From NCBI GenBank assembly GCA_030603885.1, contig JAUVWW010000004.1, positions 2,236 through 66,235 of the forward strand: 64,000 nucleotides of DNA. The letters run 5' to 3'. The stretch is from a bacterium (lineage in GTDB: Bacteria > Patescibacteriota > JABMPQ01 > JAUVWW01). A program made the position numbers and the translations under genes. Under the pieces are notes generated by a model. It had not been told where the DNA came from, ran no database searches, and saw only the letters and a program-made list of their open reading frames with translations. Shown one piece after another: positions 1 to 8,610 of this stretch; the stretch's first letter is position 1, and every line of letters starts with the position of its first letter.

Positions 1-198
1 CTAAGGTTACCTGCTCAGGTAGGATTCCCTCTTGAATTGCCTACATCATTAGAGAAAGTTGATGATCCTGCCTTTTCTACAGTGATAGGTCTTCTAATAT
101 GGGGAGCAACTCACGAAGAGAAGAGAAGAGTTTCGGGTTTACCCCTGGGTAAGGGTGTGAGGCAAGTGAAGAAGTGGTTCAAACATTTTCTACCATAA
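1..198 (+). CDS. ftsA: Cell division protein FtsA, C-terminal fragment (partial, runs off the window start)
   Basis: Frame 1 reads ...DDPAFSTVIGLLIWGATHEE...* and stops at 196-198. The amphipathic tail with a GLLxWG motif is typical of FtsA C-termini, and it lies directly upstream of ftsZ as in the conserved dcw order. Confidence 0.5.
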   Translation, partial: LRLPAQVGFPLELPTSLEKVDDPAFSTVIGLLIWGATHEEKRRVSGLPLGKGVRQVKKWFKHFLP

Positions 199-383
199 AC
201 AATTTCAATCTTCTACTTGACATAAATTAATTATCGTAATAACCTTATTAATGGAAGGTTGTTACGATTTTTTATTTACACCTTGATCCTTTGAACAAAA
301 TTATTGTTCAAAATGAACAAAAACTTGACACAGTTTTTTCAATGTTCTAGACTTTCATATAGAGAGTTTAATAATTTAATTTT

Positions 384-1493
384 ATGAGAAAGGATAAACG
401 TATGGAAATCAAACCACATTATGAAACCTATGCCAAAATTAGAGTAGTAGGTATAGGAGGAGCAGGAGGGGCAGCCGTAGATAGAATGATCGCCTCTAAA
501 ATGAAAGGAGTAGAATTTATTGCTATTAATACCGATGCTCAGGCTCTTCATTTTAACAAGGCTGACAAAAAAATTCACATTGGAAAGTCTTTAACTAAAG
601 GTTTGGGCACAGGCATGAATCCAGATTTAGGCAGACAAGCAATAGAAGAAGATCAAGAAGAAGTTCATGAAGTACTGAGAGAATCAGATATGATCTTCTT
701 AACTTATGGTCTTGGAGGAGGAACAGGAACAGGAGCAGGCCCAATTGTAGCCAATATAGCTAAAGATGTGGGAGCTCTTTGTGTAGGGGTAGTAACTAAA
801 CCTTTTTCTTTTGAAGGTGTGCAGCGAATGGAGATAGCTGACAAAGGCCACGGAGAGATCAAAGACAAAATTGATACTTTGATTACTATTCCCAATGATA
901 AAATTCTTCAAATTATCGACAAAGATACATCACTGCTTCAAGCTTTTTCTAAAGTAGATGATATTTTAAGGCAAGGAGTACAGGGTATATCTGATTTAGT
1001 GGTAGTGCCTGGAATCATTAATGTAGACTTTGCTGATGTCAAAGCTATTATGCAAGGCGCTGGCTCTGCCCTAATGGCTATTGGACGGGCTTCTGGGGAA
1101 AATAGAGCAGCTGAGGCTGCCAAGGCAGCTATCTCAAGTCCGCTTCTTGAGCTTTCTATTGATGGAGCTAAAGGAGTGCTATTTAATGTCTATGGGGGAA
1201 ATGATCTAGGCATGCATGAAATAGATGAAGCAGCCAAAATCATTACAGAATCTGTAGATAAAAATGCTAAAATTATTTTTGGAGCAGCTAAAGATGAGAG
1301 AATGAAAGATGAGATCAAAATTACAGTTATTGCTACTGGATTTGAAAATCGAGCAAAGGAAGAGGTTAAAGAAGAAGAGAAAAAAGAAGTAAGGAATTTT
1401 GGAATGCCTTTTAAAAAGCAAGAAGAGGAAGAAAAGAAAAAGGAAGAAAAAGAGCTAGAGATCCCAGCCTTTATTCGAAGGAAGATGAAGTAG
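384..1493 (+). CDS. ftsZ: Cell division GTPase FtsZ
   Basis: 369 aa. Tubulin/FtsZ signature GGGTGTG and an N-terminal IRVVGIGGAGGAAVDRM. K/E-rich C-terminal linker. An alternative start at 402 (MEIKPH) is preceded by AAGGA. Confidence 0.9.
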   Translation: MRKDKRMEIKPHYETYAKIRVVGIGGAGGAAVDRMIASKMKGVEFIAINTDAQALHFNKADKKIHIGKSLTKGLGTGMNPDLGRQAIEEDQEEVHEVLRESDMIFLTYGLGGGTGTGAGPIVANIAKDVGALCVGVVTKPFSFEGVQRMEIADKGHGEIKDKIDTLITIPNDKILQIIDKDTSLLQAFSKVDDILRQGVQGISDLVVVPGIINVDFADVKAIMQGAGSALMAIGRASGENRAAEAAKAAISSPLLELSIDGAKGVLFNVYGGNDLGMHEIDEAAKIITESVDKNAKIIFGAAKDERMKDEIKITVIATGFENRAKEEVKEEEKKEVRNFGMPFKKQEEEEKKKEEKELEIPAFIRRKMK

Positions 1494-1730
1494 GATTAGT
1501 GCATTTTTATTTTTAAGTTTTAATCTTTAATTTCATTTAAGTTATCCACAGTCTAATTTCTGTTTTTGGAGACAGGAATTAGGTTTTTTATTTTAGATAA
1601 AGGAAAAAATGATTGGGCATAGCCAGTGGATAGATTTTGACAAAAGAATATTAGACTGATAGACTAGTTATTGCTTGCATTAAACTAGTCACGAATCGAA
1701 TTTATAACCATGAAATCAATTTTCCTAAAT

Positions 1731-1784
1731 AAGAACCTCATCTCTGATGAGAACCTTGATTCTCACTTCGTTCGAATTAAAAAT
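1731..1784 (+). repeat. Copy A of the ~50-nt intergenic repeat family (TAAGAACCTC...GAGAACCTTGATTCTC.CTTCG.TCGAATTAAA)
   Basis: Aligns with copies at 16318-16367, 30221-30266 (reverse) and 63598-63651. It lies in the leader 55 nt upstream of the nrdJ ATG. Confidence 0.7.
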
Positions 1785-1839
1785 CCGCACTAAGCATACA
1801 TTAGTAAGGTGCGGTTTTATTTAGCAGGGATAATACTCT

Positions 1840-4035
1840 ATGTTTGCAGTACATAAACTTACCAAAATCAGAAAAAGAGATGGGAGGATAGTTGAGTTTG
1901 TTCAGAAGAAGATCGCTAATGCTATTTACAAAGCCATGGTGGAAGTAAAGAAGCCAAACCAGCGTCTGGCTCGGAGACTTTCTGATAAAGTAGTTACTTT
2001 ACTCGAAGAACGGCTAGCTAAAGATCAAATTCCAACTGTGGAAGAAGTCCAGGATATTGTAGAAGAAGCACTAATGAAGTCAGGACAGGTGGATGTGGCT
2101 CGAGCCTATATTGTTTATCGACAGAAGCATAAGGAAATCCGAGAGCTAAAAAAGAAAGTGCTCGAAGCAGAAAAGGAGTTTAAGCCAACCCCTGGAGCCT
2201 TAACTGTTCTTCAAAAAAGATATTTGAGGAAAGGAGTCAAGGGAGAAATTCTAGAGACTCCTACCCAGATGTTTAAGAGAGTAGCTCATAACATAGCTCA
2301 TGCTGATAATCTCTATAAGACCTTGTACCATCCAGAAATAGATGTGGAGAAAATCATCAAAGAATTTTATCGCATGATGGCTAATCTAGAGTTCCTTCCC
2401 AATTCTCCTACATTGATGAATGCGGGAAAAGAATTGCAGCAATTATCTGCTTGTTTTGTTCTCCCTGTTTCTGATTCTATTGAAGGAATTTTTGAAACTA
2501 TAAAAAATACAGCTATCATTCACCAATCAGGTGGTGGCACCGGATTTTCCTTTTCTCGACTCCGTCCCAAGGGAGATATTGTAAAATCAACAGGAGGAAT
2601 TGCCTCGGGACCAGTTTCTTTTATGAAAGTATTTAATGCGGCTACCGAGGCGATTAAACAGGGGGGCACGCGTCGGGGGGCCAATATGGCTATCCTACGT
2701 TGTGACCATCCAGACATTCTAGAGTTTATTACCTGCAAAGAAGAAGAAGGACAGCTAAATAATTTCAATATCTCTGTAGCTATGACTGATCGATTTATGC
2801 AAGCTTTGAAAAATGATACAGATTACGAATTGATCAGTCCCAGAACTAATGAAGCAGTGGGTAAGCTTTCTGCCAGAAAAGTATGGTCGCTAATATGCAT
2901 GATGACTTGGAAGAACGGAGATCCAGGAGCAGTATTTATAGATGTTATAAATAAAGATAACCCTACGCCGCATGTTGGAGAAATTGAGTCCACAAATCCA
3001 TGCGGCGAGCAACCTCTTTTACCCAACGAAAGTTGTAACCTTGGTTCTATCAATCTTTCCAAGATGGTAAAAACTAAAGGCAAAAAGGCAGAGATTGATT
3101 GGGATAGGCTGAAAAAGACCACATATACTGCTGTTCATTTTCTGGATAATGTTATTGATATGTGTAGATACCCTCTGTTAGAGATAGAGGAAATGGTGAC
3201 AGTCAATCGAAAGATCGGTCTGGGAGTAATGGGTTTTGCAGATATGTTAATCCAGCTTGGGATCCCCTATAGTTCAAAGAAAGCTTTAGCTTTAGGAGAG
3301 AAAGTGATGAAGTTTATTACAGAAGAGGGAAGAAAAGCATCAGTTGAGCTAGCAAAGATTAGAGGAGTCTTTCCTAATTTTGTAGATTCGGTTTGGGACA
3401 AGAAGGGGCTCAGAGTAAGGAATTCTACCATAACCACTATTGCTCCCACAGGTACTATTAGTATTATTGCAGGTTGTTCATCAGGTGTTGAGCCTCTATT
3501 TGCCATCTCGTTTATTAGACGCAATATTTTAGGAGGTGAGGCAGAAATTGTGGAAGTAAATCCTTTCTTTGAAAAGATAGCCCGTGAGCGAAAGTTTTAC
3601 TCAAAAGATTTAATGAGAGAGGTGGCAGAAAAAGGAAGTATTCAAAAAATAGAAAAGATTCCAGAGGATGTAAGAAAGCTATTTGTTACTGCTCTGGATA
3701 TTCCTTATGATATTCATGTCAAAATGCAAGCCGCCTGGCAGCGGTATACCGACAATGCCGTAAGCAAAACCATAAATATGCCTTATGAATCCACTGCCGA
3801 GGATGTAGAGAAAGCATATAAGTTAGCTTATGATTTAGGCTGTAAAGGGATAACCATTTATCGTTATGGATCACGCCAAGCCCAAGTCCTTTATTATGGA
3901 GGAAAAGAAAAAAGAAAATTGGAAAGAGGAGGACCTCAAAAATTAGAAAAATGTCCAGAATGTGGGGCTGATTTGACTTTTGAGGATGGATGCGCCGTGT
4001 GTAAGAATTGTGGCTATTCTTATTGTAAAGTCTAA
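1840..4035 (+). CDS. nrdJ: Class II adenosylcobalamin-dependent ribonucleotide reductase NrdJ, with an N-terminal ATP-cone and a C-terminal Cys4 zinc ribbon
   Basis: 731 aa. ATP-cone-like N-terminus ([21 protein letters not shown]). The RNR catalytic core carries the NPCGEQPL active-site Cys motif and a glycine-rich loop. C-terminus is CPECG...CKNCG. Confidence 0.85.
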   Translation: MFAVHKLTKIRKRDGRIVEFVQKKIANAIYKAMVEVKKPNQRLARRLSDKVVTLLEERLAKDQIPTVEEVQDIVEEALMKSGQVDVARAYIVYRQKHKEIRELKKKVLEAEKEFKPTPGALTVLQKRYLRKGVKGEILETPTQMFKRVAHNIAHADNLYKTLYHPEIDVEKIIKEFYRMMANLEFLPNSPTLMNAGKELQQLSACFVLPVSDSIEGIFETIKNTAIIHQSGGGTGFSFSRLRPKGDIVKSTGGIASGPVSFMKVFNAATEAIKQGGTRRGANMAILRCDHPDILEFITCKEEEGQLNNFNISVAMTDRFMQALKNDTDYELISPRTNEAVGKLSARKVWSLICMMTWKNGDPGAVFIDVINKDNPTPHVGEIESTNPCGEQPLLPNESCNLGSINLSKMVKTKGKKAEIDWDRLKKTTYTAVHFLDNVIDMCRYPLLEIEEMVTVNRKIGLGVMGFADMLIQLGIPYSSKKALALGEKVMKFITEEGRKASVELAKIRGVFPNFVDSVWDKKGLRVRNSTITTIAPTGTISIIAGCSSGVEPLFAISFIRRNILGGEAEIVEVNPFFEKIARERKFYSKDLMREVAEKGSIQKIEKIPEDVRKLFVTALDIPYDIHVKMQAAWQRYTDNAVSKTINMPYESTAEDVEKAYKLAYDLGCKGITIYRYGSRQAQVLYYGGKEKRKLERGGPQKLEKCPECGADLTFEDGCAVCKNCGYSYCKV

Positions 4036-4047
4036 CTTATTAAACAT

Positions 4048-4572
4048 ATGAAAAAATCTTTAGGTATGGTCGAGGTTTTGACTGGCAATGGTCCAGGCAA
4101 GACTACTGCTGCTTTAGGCCATGCTCTTCGAAGTATTGGACATGGGCTAACCGTGGCCATGGTTCAGTTTATGAAGATAGACTCAAGATACGGAGAGATT
4201 AAGGCAATTAAAGAATATTTGCCTCGATCTCGTGTTTTTCAATTTGGAAGGAAAAAATTTGTTAGGGAGCCAGCTAAAATAGATTTCAAGCTAGCAGAGA
4301 AGGGACTAGCTAAAGCTCAGGAGATAATTCAAAGTAGAAAATATGATTTAGTTATTTTAGATGAGATAAATGTGGCTTTGTGGTTTAAACTTTTAGATTT
4401 AGAAGAGGTGTGTGAGATGATTAAGTCTCGGCCAAAAAATGCAGAGCTAGTCTTAACTGGTCGTTATGCTCCAAAGAAAATAATTGATCTTGCAGACTCT
4501 GTATCAGAGATAAAAGAAGTTAAGCATTATTTTAGAAAAGGGGTGCGAGCCAGAAAGGGAATTGAGTATTAG
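4048..4572 (+). CDS. cobA: Cob(I)alamin/cob(I)yrinic acid a,c-diamide adenosyltransferase (CobA/BtuR family)
   Basis: P-loop TGNGPGKTTAALG and a C-terminal DLADSVSEIKEVKHYFRKGVRARKGIEY, both colinear with E. coli BtuR. Only 12 nt downstream of nrdJ, so likely co-transcribed. The true start may be 4066 (MVEVL). Confidence 0.85.
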   Translation: MKKSLGMVEVLTGNGPGKTTAALGHALRSIGHGLTVAMVQFMKIDSRYGEIKAIKEYLPRSRVFQFGRKKFVREPAKIDFKLAEKGLAKAQEIIQSRKYDLVILDEINVALWFKLLDLEEVCEMIKSRPKNAELVLTGRYAPKKIIDLADSVSEIKEVKHYFRKGVRARKGIEY

Positions 4573-4696
4573 ATTAGCTGTGGATAAGTTACTATTTACT
4601 TGGATTTGAATATTTGATATATTCTATATACACTCTTTTTGAAATTTAGTATAAGCATAGCCCCCGCACTTTTTAGAAAGTGCGGGAGAGAAGAGA

Positions 4697-4862
4697 TAGG
4701 GGAAGAGAGGTAACCTGCCTGCTCAGTAGGCAGGGATTCCTCCGCTGTCCCGCAGCCGTTAAAGCCGGACTACCTATCCTATGCTTTGAGTTTTGACTGC
4801 CTCGAGGAAGGTAGAAAATAGACTTGGTCGATCTATTTTCCTTCTTTGAGAAGGAATTTTTT
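4697..4862 (+). promoter_or_regulatory. Candidate cobalamin riboswitch, with an aptamer and an intrinsic-terminator expression platform
   Basis: A GC-rich island in AT-rich DNA. GGCAGGGAUUCCUCCGCUGUCCCGCAGCCGUUAAAGCCGG (4729-4768) aligns with the conserved cobalamin-riboswitch core CCGGUGAAAAUCCGGGGCUGCCCCCGCAACUGUAAGCGG. Downstream, GACUGCC...GGAAGG (4796-4811) resembles the B12-box region. A terminator hairpin ttccttc/gaaggaa followed by TTTTTT lies at 4838-4862, just before the lipoprotein ATG at 4881. Confidence 0.5.
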
Positions 4863-4880
4863 ATTAATTTAAGAAAAATC

Positions 4881-5324
4881 ATGAAAAAACTAAAGATCCT
4901 AGGCTTACTTATTGTAGCAGTTTTAGTACTTACTGGTGCTGGTTGTCAATGGTTTACCAAGCCAGAAGAAGAAGTCTCCGAAGTTACTACTCCTCAAGTA
5001 GCAGAAGAAAAAGTTGAAGAAAAAGCCACTCTGGTCATTGATGACGGAACTGGAAGCCCTCAGAGTTTTGATCTGACTGTAAAAGAAGGAACAACTGCCT
5101 TCGATTTACTAAAAGAAGCCACAGGACAAGCTGGTTTGAAATTAGATTACTCTGAATCTGATTTTGGAGTAATGATTGATGCTATGGGGGATAAGAAAGG
5201 TGGACAGGAAGATAAATATTGGCTATTCTATGTTAATGAAGAGATGGCACTGGTAGCTGCTGATAAGCAAGAAGTGAAAGTAGGGGATAAAGTGGAGTTT
5301 AAGTTTGAAGCATCAGCCTTTTAA
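4881..5324 (+). CDS. Secreted lipoprotein with a transcobalamin-like (DUF4430-type) domain; putative cobalamin-binding/capture protein
   Basis: Signal peptide plus lipobox (LVLTGAGC). The body, LTVKEGTTAFDLL...KYWLFYVNEEMALVAADKQEVKVGDKVEFKF, matches the DUF4430 pattern (TV.daL ... YWmyyVNg ... l.dGD.v.f.y). The ORF-track start at 4824 is an upstream extension that runs through the terminator and is rejected. Confidence 0.5.
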   Translation: MKKLKILGLLIVAVLVLTGAGCQWFTKPEEEVSEVTTPQVAEEKVEEKATLVIDDGTGSPQSFDLTVKEGTTAFDLLKEATGQAGLKLDYSESDFGVMIDAMGDKKGGQEDKYWLFYVNEEMALVAADKQEVKVGDKVEFKFEASAF

Positions 5325-5353
5325 GTTTAAAGTTAAAAATCCAAGGTCAAAAT

Positions 5354-5932
5354 ATGTCTAGAATAATTCTATCTAAAAAAGGTAGACAATTTGAGATATG
5401 GCTGACTTTTCTATTTGTAGCTGGAGCAGCAGCCCTAAGACTTCTTCCTCATCCGCCCAATTTTGCTCCTATTGCTGCCATAGCTTTGTTTGGAGGAGTC
5501 TACTTGAGCAGGAAGTTTGCTTTGGGAATTCCTATCCTAGCCATGTTGGTCAGTGATATTTTTATTGGGTTTTATAAACCAGTGGTAATGGCCTCTGTCT
5601 ATGGAAGTTTTGTTTTGTGTGGACTTATAGGTCTTTGGTTGAAAAAACATAAAAAAGCAGGTACAATAATAGGAAGTTCTCTTTTGTGTTCTGTTTTGTT
5701 CTTTATTATTACTAACTTTGCTGTTTGGGCTTTTACCCCCTGGTATACGAAAACTCTAGCCGGTCTAGTCCAGTGCTATGTGTTAGCCTTACCATTTTTC
5801 AGAAATACTTTATTGGGAGATATATTTTATGTCGGAGTTTTCTTTGGAGTTTATGAGTTGGTCAGAGTATGGATTAGTAAAAAATATCAACTAAAGGCAA
5901 TATCAGTAAGTAAAGGCGGATTAAATCGATAA
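5354..5932 (+). CDS. Small polytopic membrane protein (5-6 TM), possible ECF-type S-component / vitamin transporter
   Basis: 192 aa and strongly hydrophobic, with an LPHPPNFAPIAAIALFGG motif. The size and topology fit an ECF substrate-capture component. Its position after the B12 riboswitch and lipoprotein suggests cobalamin uptake, but this is inference. Confidence 0.4.
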   Translation: MSRIILSKKGRQFEIWLTFLFVAGAAALRLLPHPPNFAPIAAIALFGGVYLSRKFALGIPILAMLVSDIFIGFYKPVVMASVYGSFVLCGLIGLWLKKHKKAGTIIGSSLLCSVLFFIITNFAVWAFTPWYTKTLAGLVQCYVLALPFFRNTLLGDIFYVGVFFGVYELVRVWISKKYQLKAISVSKGGLNR

Positions 5933-5934
5933 CC

Positions 5935-6483
5935 ATGTTGATTGGTTTAACTGGGACAAATGGTGCTGGTAAGGGCGAGGTAGCTAAGTATTTAAGGGAA
6001 AAAGGATTCAATTACTTTTCTTTATCTGATATTCTAAGGGAGGAATTAAATAAGAAAAGTCTGGAGCTTTCTAGAAAAAATCTACAGAATATTGGTAACC
6101 AATTACGGAAGAAATTTGGACCTGGGATTTTAGCTGAAAGAACAATTAAGAAAATCAAAGACAAGAGTATTATTGACAGTATTAGAAATCCTGAGGAGAT
6201 AAGAAAGCTGAGAGAATTCGCCAAAAAGTCTGGAACTGTTTTCTTTCTCTTGTCAGTTGATGCACCGATCAAACTGAGATTTGAAAGACTTAAAGAGAGA
6301 AGGACGATTGAGTCAGCAGAAACACTAGAAGAATTTAAAAAAAGAGAGCAGTTTGAGATGGGCAAAGAAATCCATTGGCAACAAATTGACACCTGTATGA
6401 AGATGGCAGATTATACTATAATCAATGATGGAACGTTAGAAAAGTTATATAAAAAAATTAATAAGATTTTAAAAGAGATATGA
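5935..6483 (+). CDS. P-loop nucleoside/nucleotide kinase-like protein (dephospho-CoA-kinase / dNMP-kinase-like fold)
   Basis: Walker A GLTGTNGAGKG at the N-terminus, about 180 aa. Overlaps the dCMP deaminase start (ATGA). Confidence 0.45.
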   Translation: MLIGLTGTNGAGKGEVAKYLREKGFNYFSLSDILREELNKKSLELSRKNLQNIGNQLRKKFGPGILAERTIKKIKDKSIIDSIRNPEEIRKLREFAKKSGTVFFLLSVDAPIKLRFERLKERRTIESAETLEEFKKREQFEMGKEIHWQQIDTCMKMADYTIINDGTLEKLYKKINKILKEI

Positions 6484-7031
6484 AAAACAAACGTCCCTCG
6501 AAAGATCAATACTATTTAAATATTGCTAAGGAAATTGCTCGAAGATGTACTTGTTATAGGACCAATATAGGGGCTATTATTGTTCGGGATGATCAGATTA
6601 TTGCCACTGGCTACGTGGGAGCTCCTCGTAAGACAAAGGACTGTTTTGAGCATGGTTTTTGTCTGCGCACCAGATTGAAGATCCCTCATGGTCATAGGTA
6701 TGAACTTTGTCGAAGTATTCATTCGGAAATGAATGCTATTATCAATGCTGCTAGAGCTGGGGTGAGTCTTTTAGGTGGTAATATGTATATCTATGGAGAG
6801 CTGATGCCTAAAGGTAGAATCATGGACGCTACTCCTTGCTTTATCTGTAAGAAAATGATTATCAATGCTGGATTAAATCAAGTCATTGTATCAACTGCCA
6901 AAGGTAAAACGAAAAGACATAAAGTGTCTGATTGGATAAAAGATTGGAGAAAGAAAGACATTCTCGATGATAAACATCAGTATGGTGATGGCGTGAAGGT
7001 TTATTCTGAAAAAGCACTAAAAGAAAAATAA
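6480..7031 (+). CDS. dCMP deaminase (cytidine/deoxycytidylate deaminase zinc-binding family)
   Basis: HSEMNAI zinc-ligand motif plus PCFICKKMIINAG (PCxxC). Confidence 0.75.
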   Translation: MKNKRPSKDQYYLNIAKEIARRCTCYRTNIGAIIVRDDQIIATGYVGAPRKTKDCFEHGFCLRTRLKIPHGHRYELCRSIHSEMNAIINAARAGVSLLGGNMYIYGELMPKGRIMDATPCFICKKMIINAGLNQVIVSTAKGKTKRHKVSDWIKDWRKKDILDDKHQYGDGVKVYSEKALKEK

Positions 7032-7054
7032 GGTTAACATCTAGAGGAGGTAGG

Positions 7055-8563
7055 ATGTCTAAGTCTAAAATATTTTTCTGGATTTGTACCTCATTTGTTG
7101 TGGGTATTTTTTTATCCTCGTTTTTTGAAATTCCTGTATTATGTAAGTTAGTTTTCGCCTTTATTTGTACTGTCTTAGTCGTTGTCTTTTGGAGGAATTC
7201 AAAAGTAAAAGTTGTAGGACTTTGTGGTCTAGTTTTGCTTTTTGGAATTTGGTATTTTCAAAGAACCCAAACTTCCTCTAGCCCTTTGCAGGTTTATAAC
7301 GATAAAGAAAAAATTACTTTTCAAGGAATAGTGGTCAAGGAGCCAGATGTAAGAACAGATAAGACACAGCTGACTGTGGAAATTACTCAGGTACCTAGGG
7401 AATCAGGTGCTCGAGAATCTAGCAAAAAGCTAGGTAAGATATTAGTTGTCCTTCCTCGAGCTCTTCAATACCAATATGGAGACAAATTAGAAATGACTGG
7501 CAAACTCAAGACGCCAAAGGAGGACGAAGACTTTTCCTATAAAGATTATCTAGCTAGATATGGTATTTACTCAATTTGTTATTATCCTAAATCAAAGCTA
7601 ATCAGTCCAGGTCATGGCAATCCTGTTTTGAGAGTTCTTTTAACTGGCAAGAATAGATTAAAAGAAACTATCAATTCTATCTTACCCGAGCCTCAAGCAT
7701 CCTATCTTTCAGGTATGCTTCTAGGACAAAAGAAGGCCATGCCTCAGGAAGTGCGAGAGTGGTTTAATCGCTGTTCCACTACTCACATAACTGTCATTTC
7801 AGGAATGCATGTCTCCATTGTAGCTGCTCTTTTAATGAATCTAGCCTTGGCTATCTATCTATCTCGAAGACAAGCCTTTTGGTTTGCAATAGCTGGTATA
7901 ACTCTTTTTGTTATTTTAACTGGCGCTCAAGCTTCAGCAGTTAGGGCTGGTATTATGGGAGGACTAGTTCTTTTGGCTATGTATTCAGGCAGGCTATCCG
8001 ATATAAAAAATGCTATACTTTGTGCTGCGATGGGTATGTTGCTAATTAATCCCCAGGTTTTAAAGTTTGATGTTGGATTTCAGCTAAGCTTTTTGGCCAC
8101 CATTGGCATTGTTTATTTATCTCCTTACATTAAAAAAGGACTCAAACTTTTTCCCCAGACTTTTAAAATTAGAGACTCTGCTTCCATGACTTTGTCTGCT
8201 CAAGTGATGACCTTACCTCTTATTCTTTTTCATTTTGGAAGAATATCTTTGATTGCCCCTTTAGCCAATGTGCTCATTTTACCTTTTATTCCTTTAACCA
8301 TGATGTTAGGTTTTGTCTCTGGAATTTTAGGCTTGGCTTGGTTGTTTTTAGGCAAAGTAGCTGCTTGGTTTGCTTGGCTATTTTTGACCTATGAGATTTT
8401 AGTAGTTCGTGAGCTTTCCAAGATTCCTTTTGCCTCAATTGAGATTAAAAATATTTGGATAGGATTGCTTGTGGTGTATTATCTGGTATTGTTTGGCTGG
8501 CTTTGGTGGGTGAGGAGAAAAGAGATGGTTGTTAGTAGCAAAACTGCAAAAATTTTAAAATAA
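7055..8563 (+). CDS. comEC: ComEC/Rec2 competence channel protein, DUF4131 + competence domains only (no C-terminal MBL domain)
   Basis: 502 aa polytopic protein. Competence-domain motifs LSGMLLG and TTHITVISGMHVSIVAAL. It ends where full-length ComEC would begin its MBL domain. Confidence 0.7.
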   Translation: MSKSKIFFWICTSFVVGIFLSSFFEIPVLCKLVFAFICTVLVVVFWRNSKVKVVGLCGLVLLFGIWYFQRTQTSSSPLQVYNDKEKITFQGIVVKEPDVRTDKTQLTVEITQVPRESGARESSKKLGKILVVLPRALQYQYGDKLEMTGKLKTPKEDEDFSYKDYLARYGIYSICYYPKSKLISPGHGNPVLRVLLTGKNRLKETINSILPEPQASYLSGMLLGQKKAMPQEVREWFNRCSTTHITVISGMHVSIVAALLMNLALAIYLSRRQAFWFAIAGITLFVILTGAQASAVRAGIMGGLVLLAMYSGRLSDIKNAILCAAMGMLLINPQVLKFDVGFQLSFLATIGIVYLSPYIKKGLKLFPQTFKIRDSASMTLSAQVMTLPLILFHFGRISLIAPLANVLILPFIPLTMMLGFVSGILGLAWLFLGKVAAWFAWLFLTYEILVVRELSKIPFASIEIKNIWIGLLVVYYLVLFGWLWWVRRKEMVVSSKTAKILK

Positions 8564-8610
8564 GAGAGCCCTAGACTTAATTAGCCTAGAGCTCAACGTT
8601 TTCAAAAGAA

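Noticed and set aside
339-578. 79-aa minus-strand ORF overlapping the ftsZ start
   Set aside because: Antisense to a strongly supported FtsZ gene. Low-complexity composition, no homology.
4673-4882. 69-aa minus-strand ORF, and the 4824 upstream extension of the lipoprotein ORF
   Set aside because: Both lie inside the GC-rich riboswitch-like leader and its terminator hairpin. The lipoprotein has a clean signal peptide starting at M4881.
6012-6392. 126-aa minus-strand ORF inside the P-loop kinase gene
   Set aside because: Ser/Leu-rich antisense artefact of an A/G-rich coding strand.
8564-8610. Possible terminator hairpin between convergent comEC and HD genes
   Set aside because: Only short imperfect complementarity (ctagac/gcctag) and no convincing stem plus U-tract.
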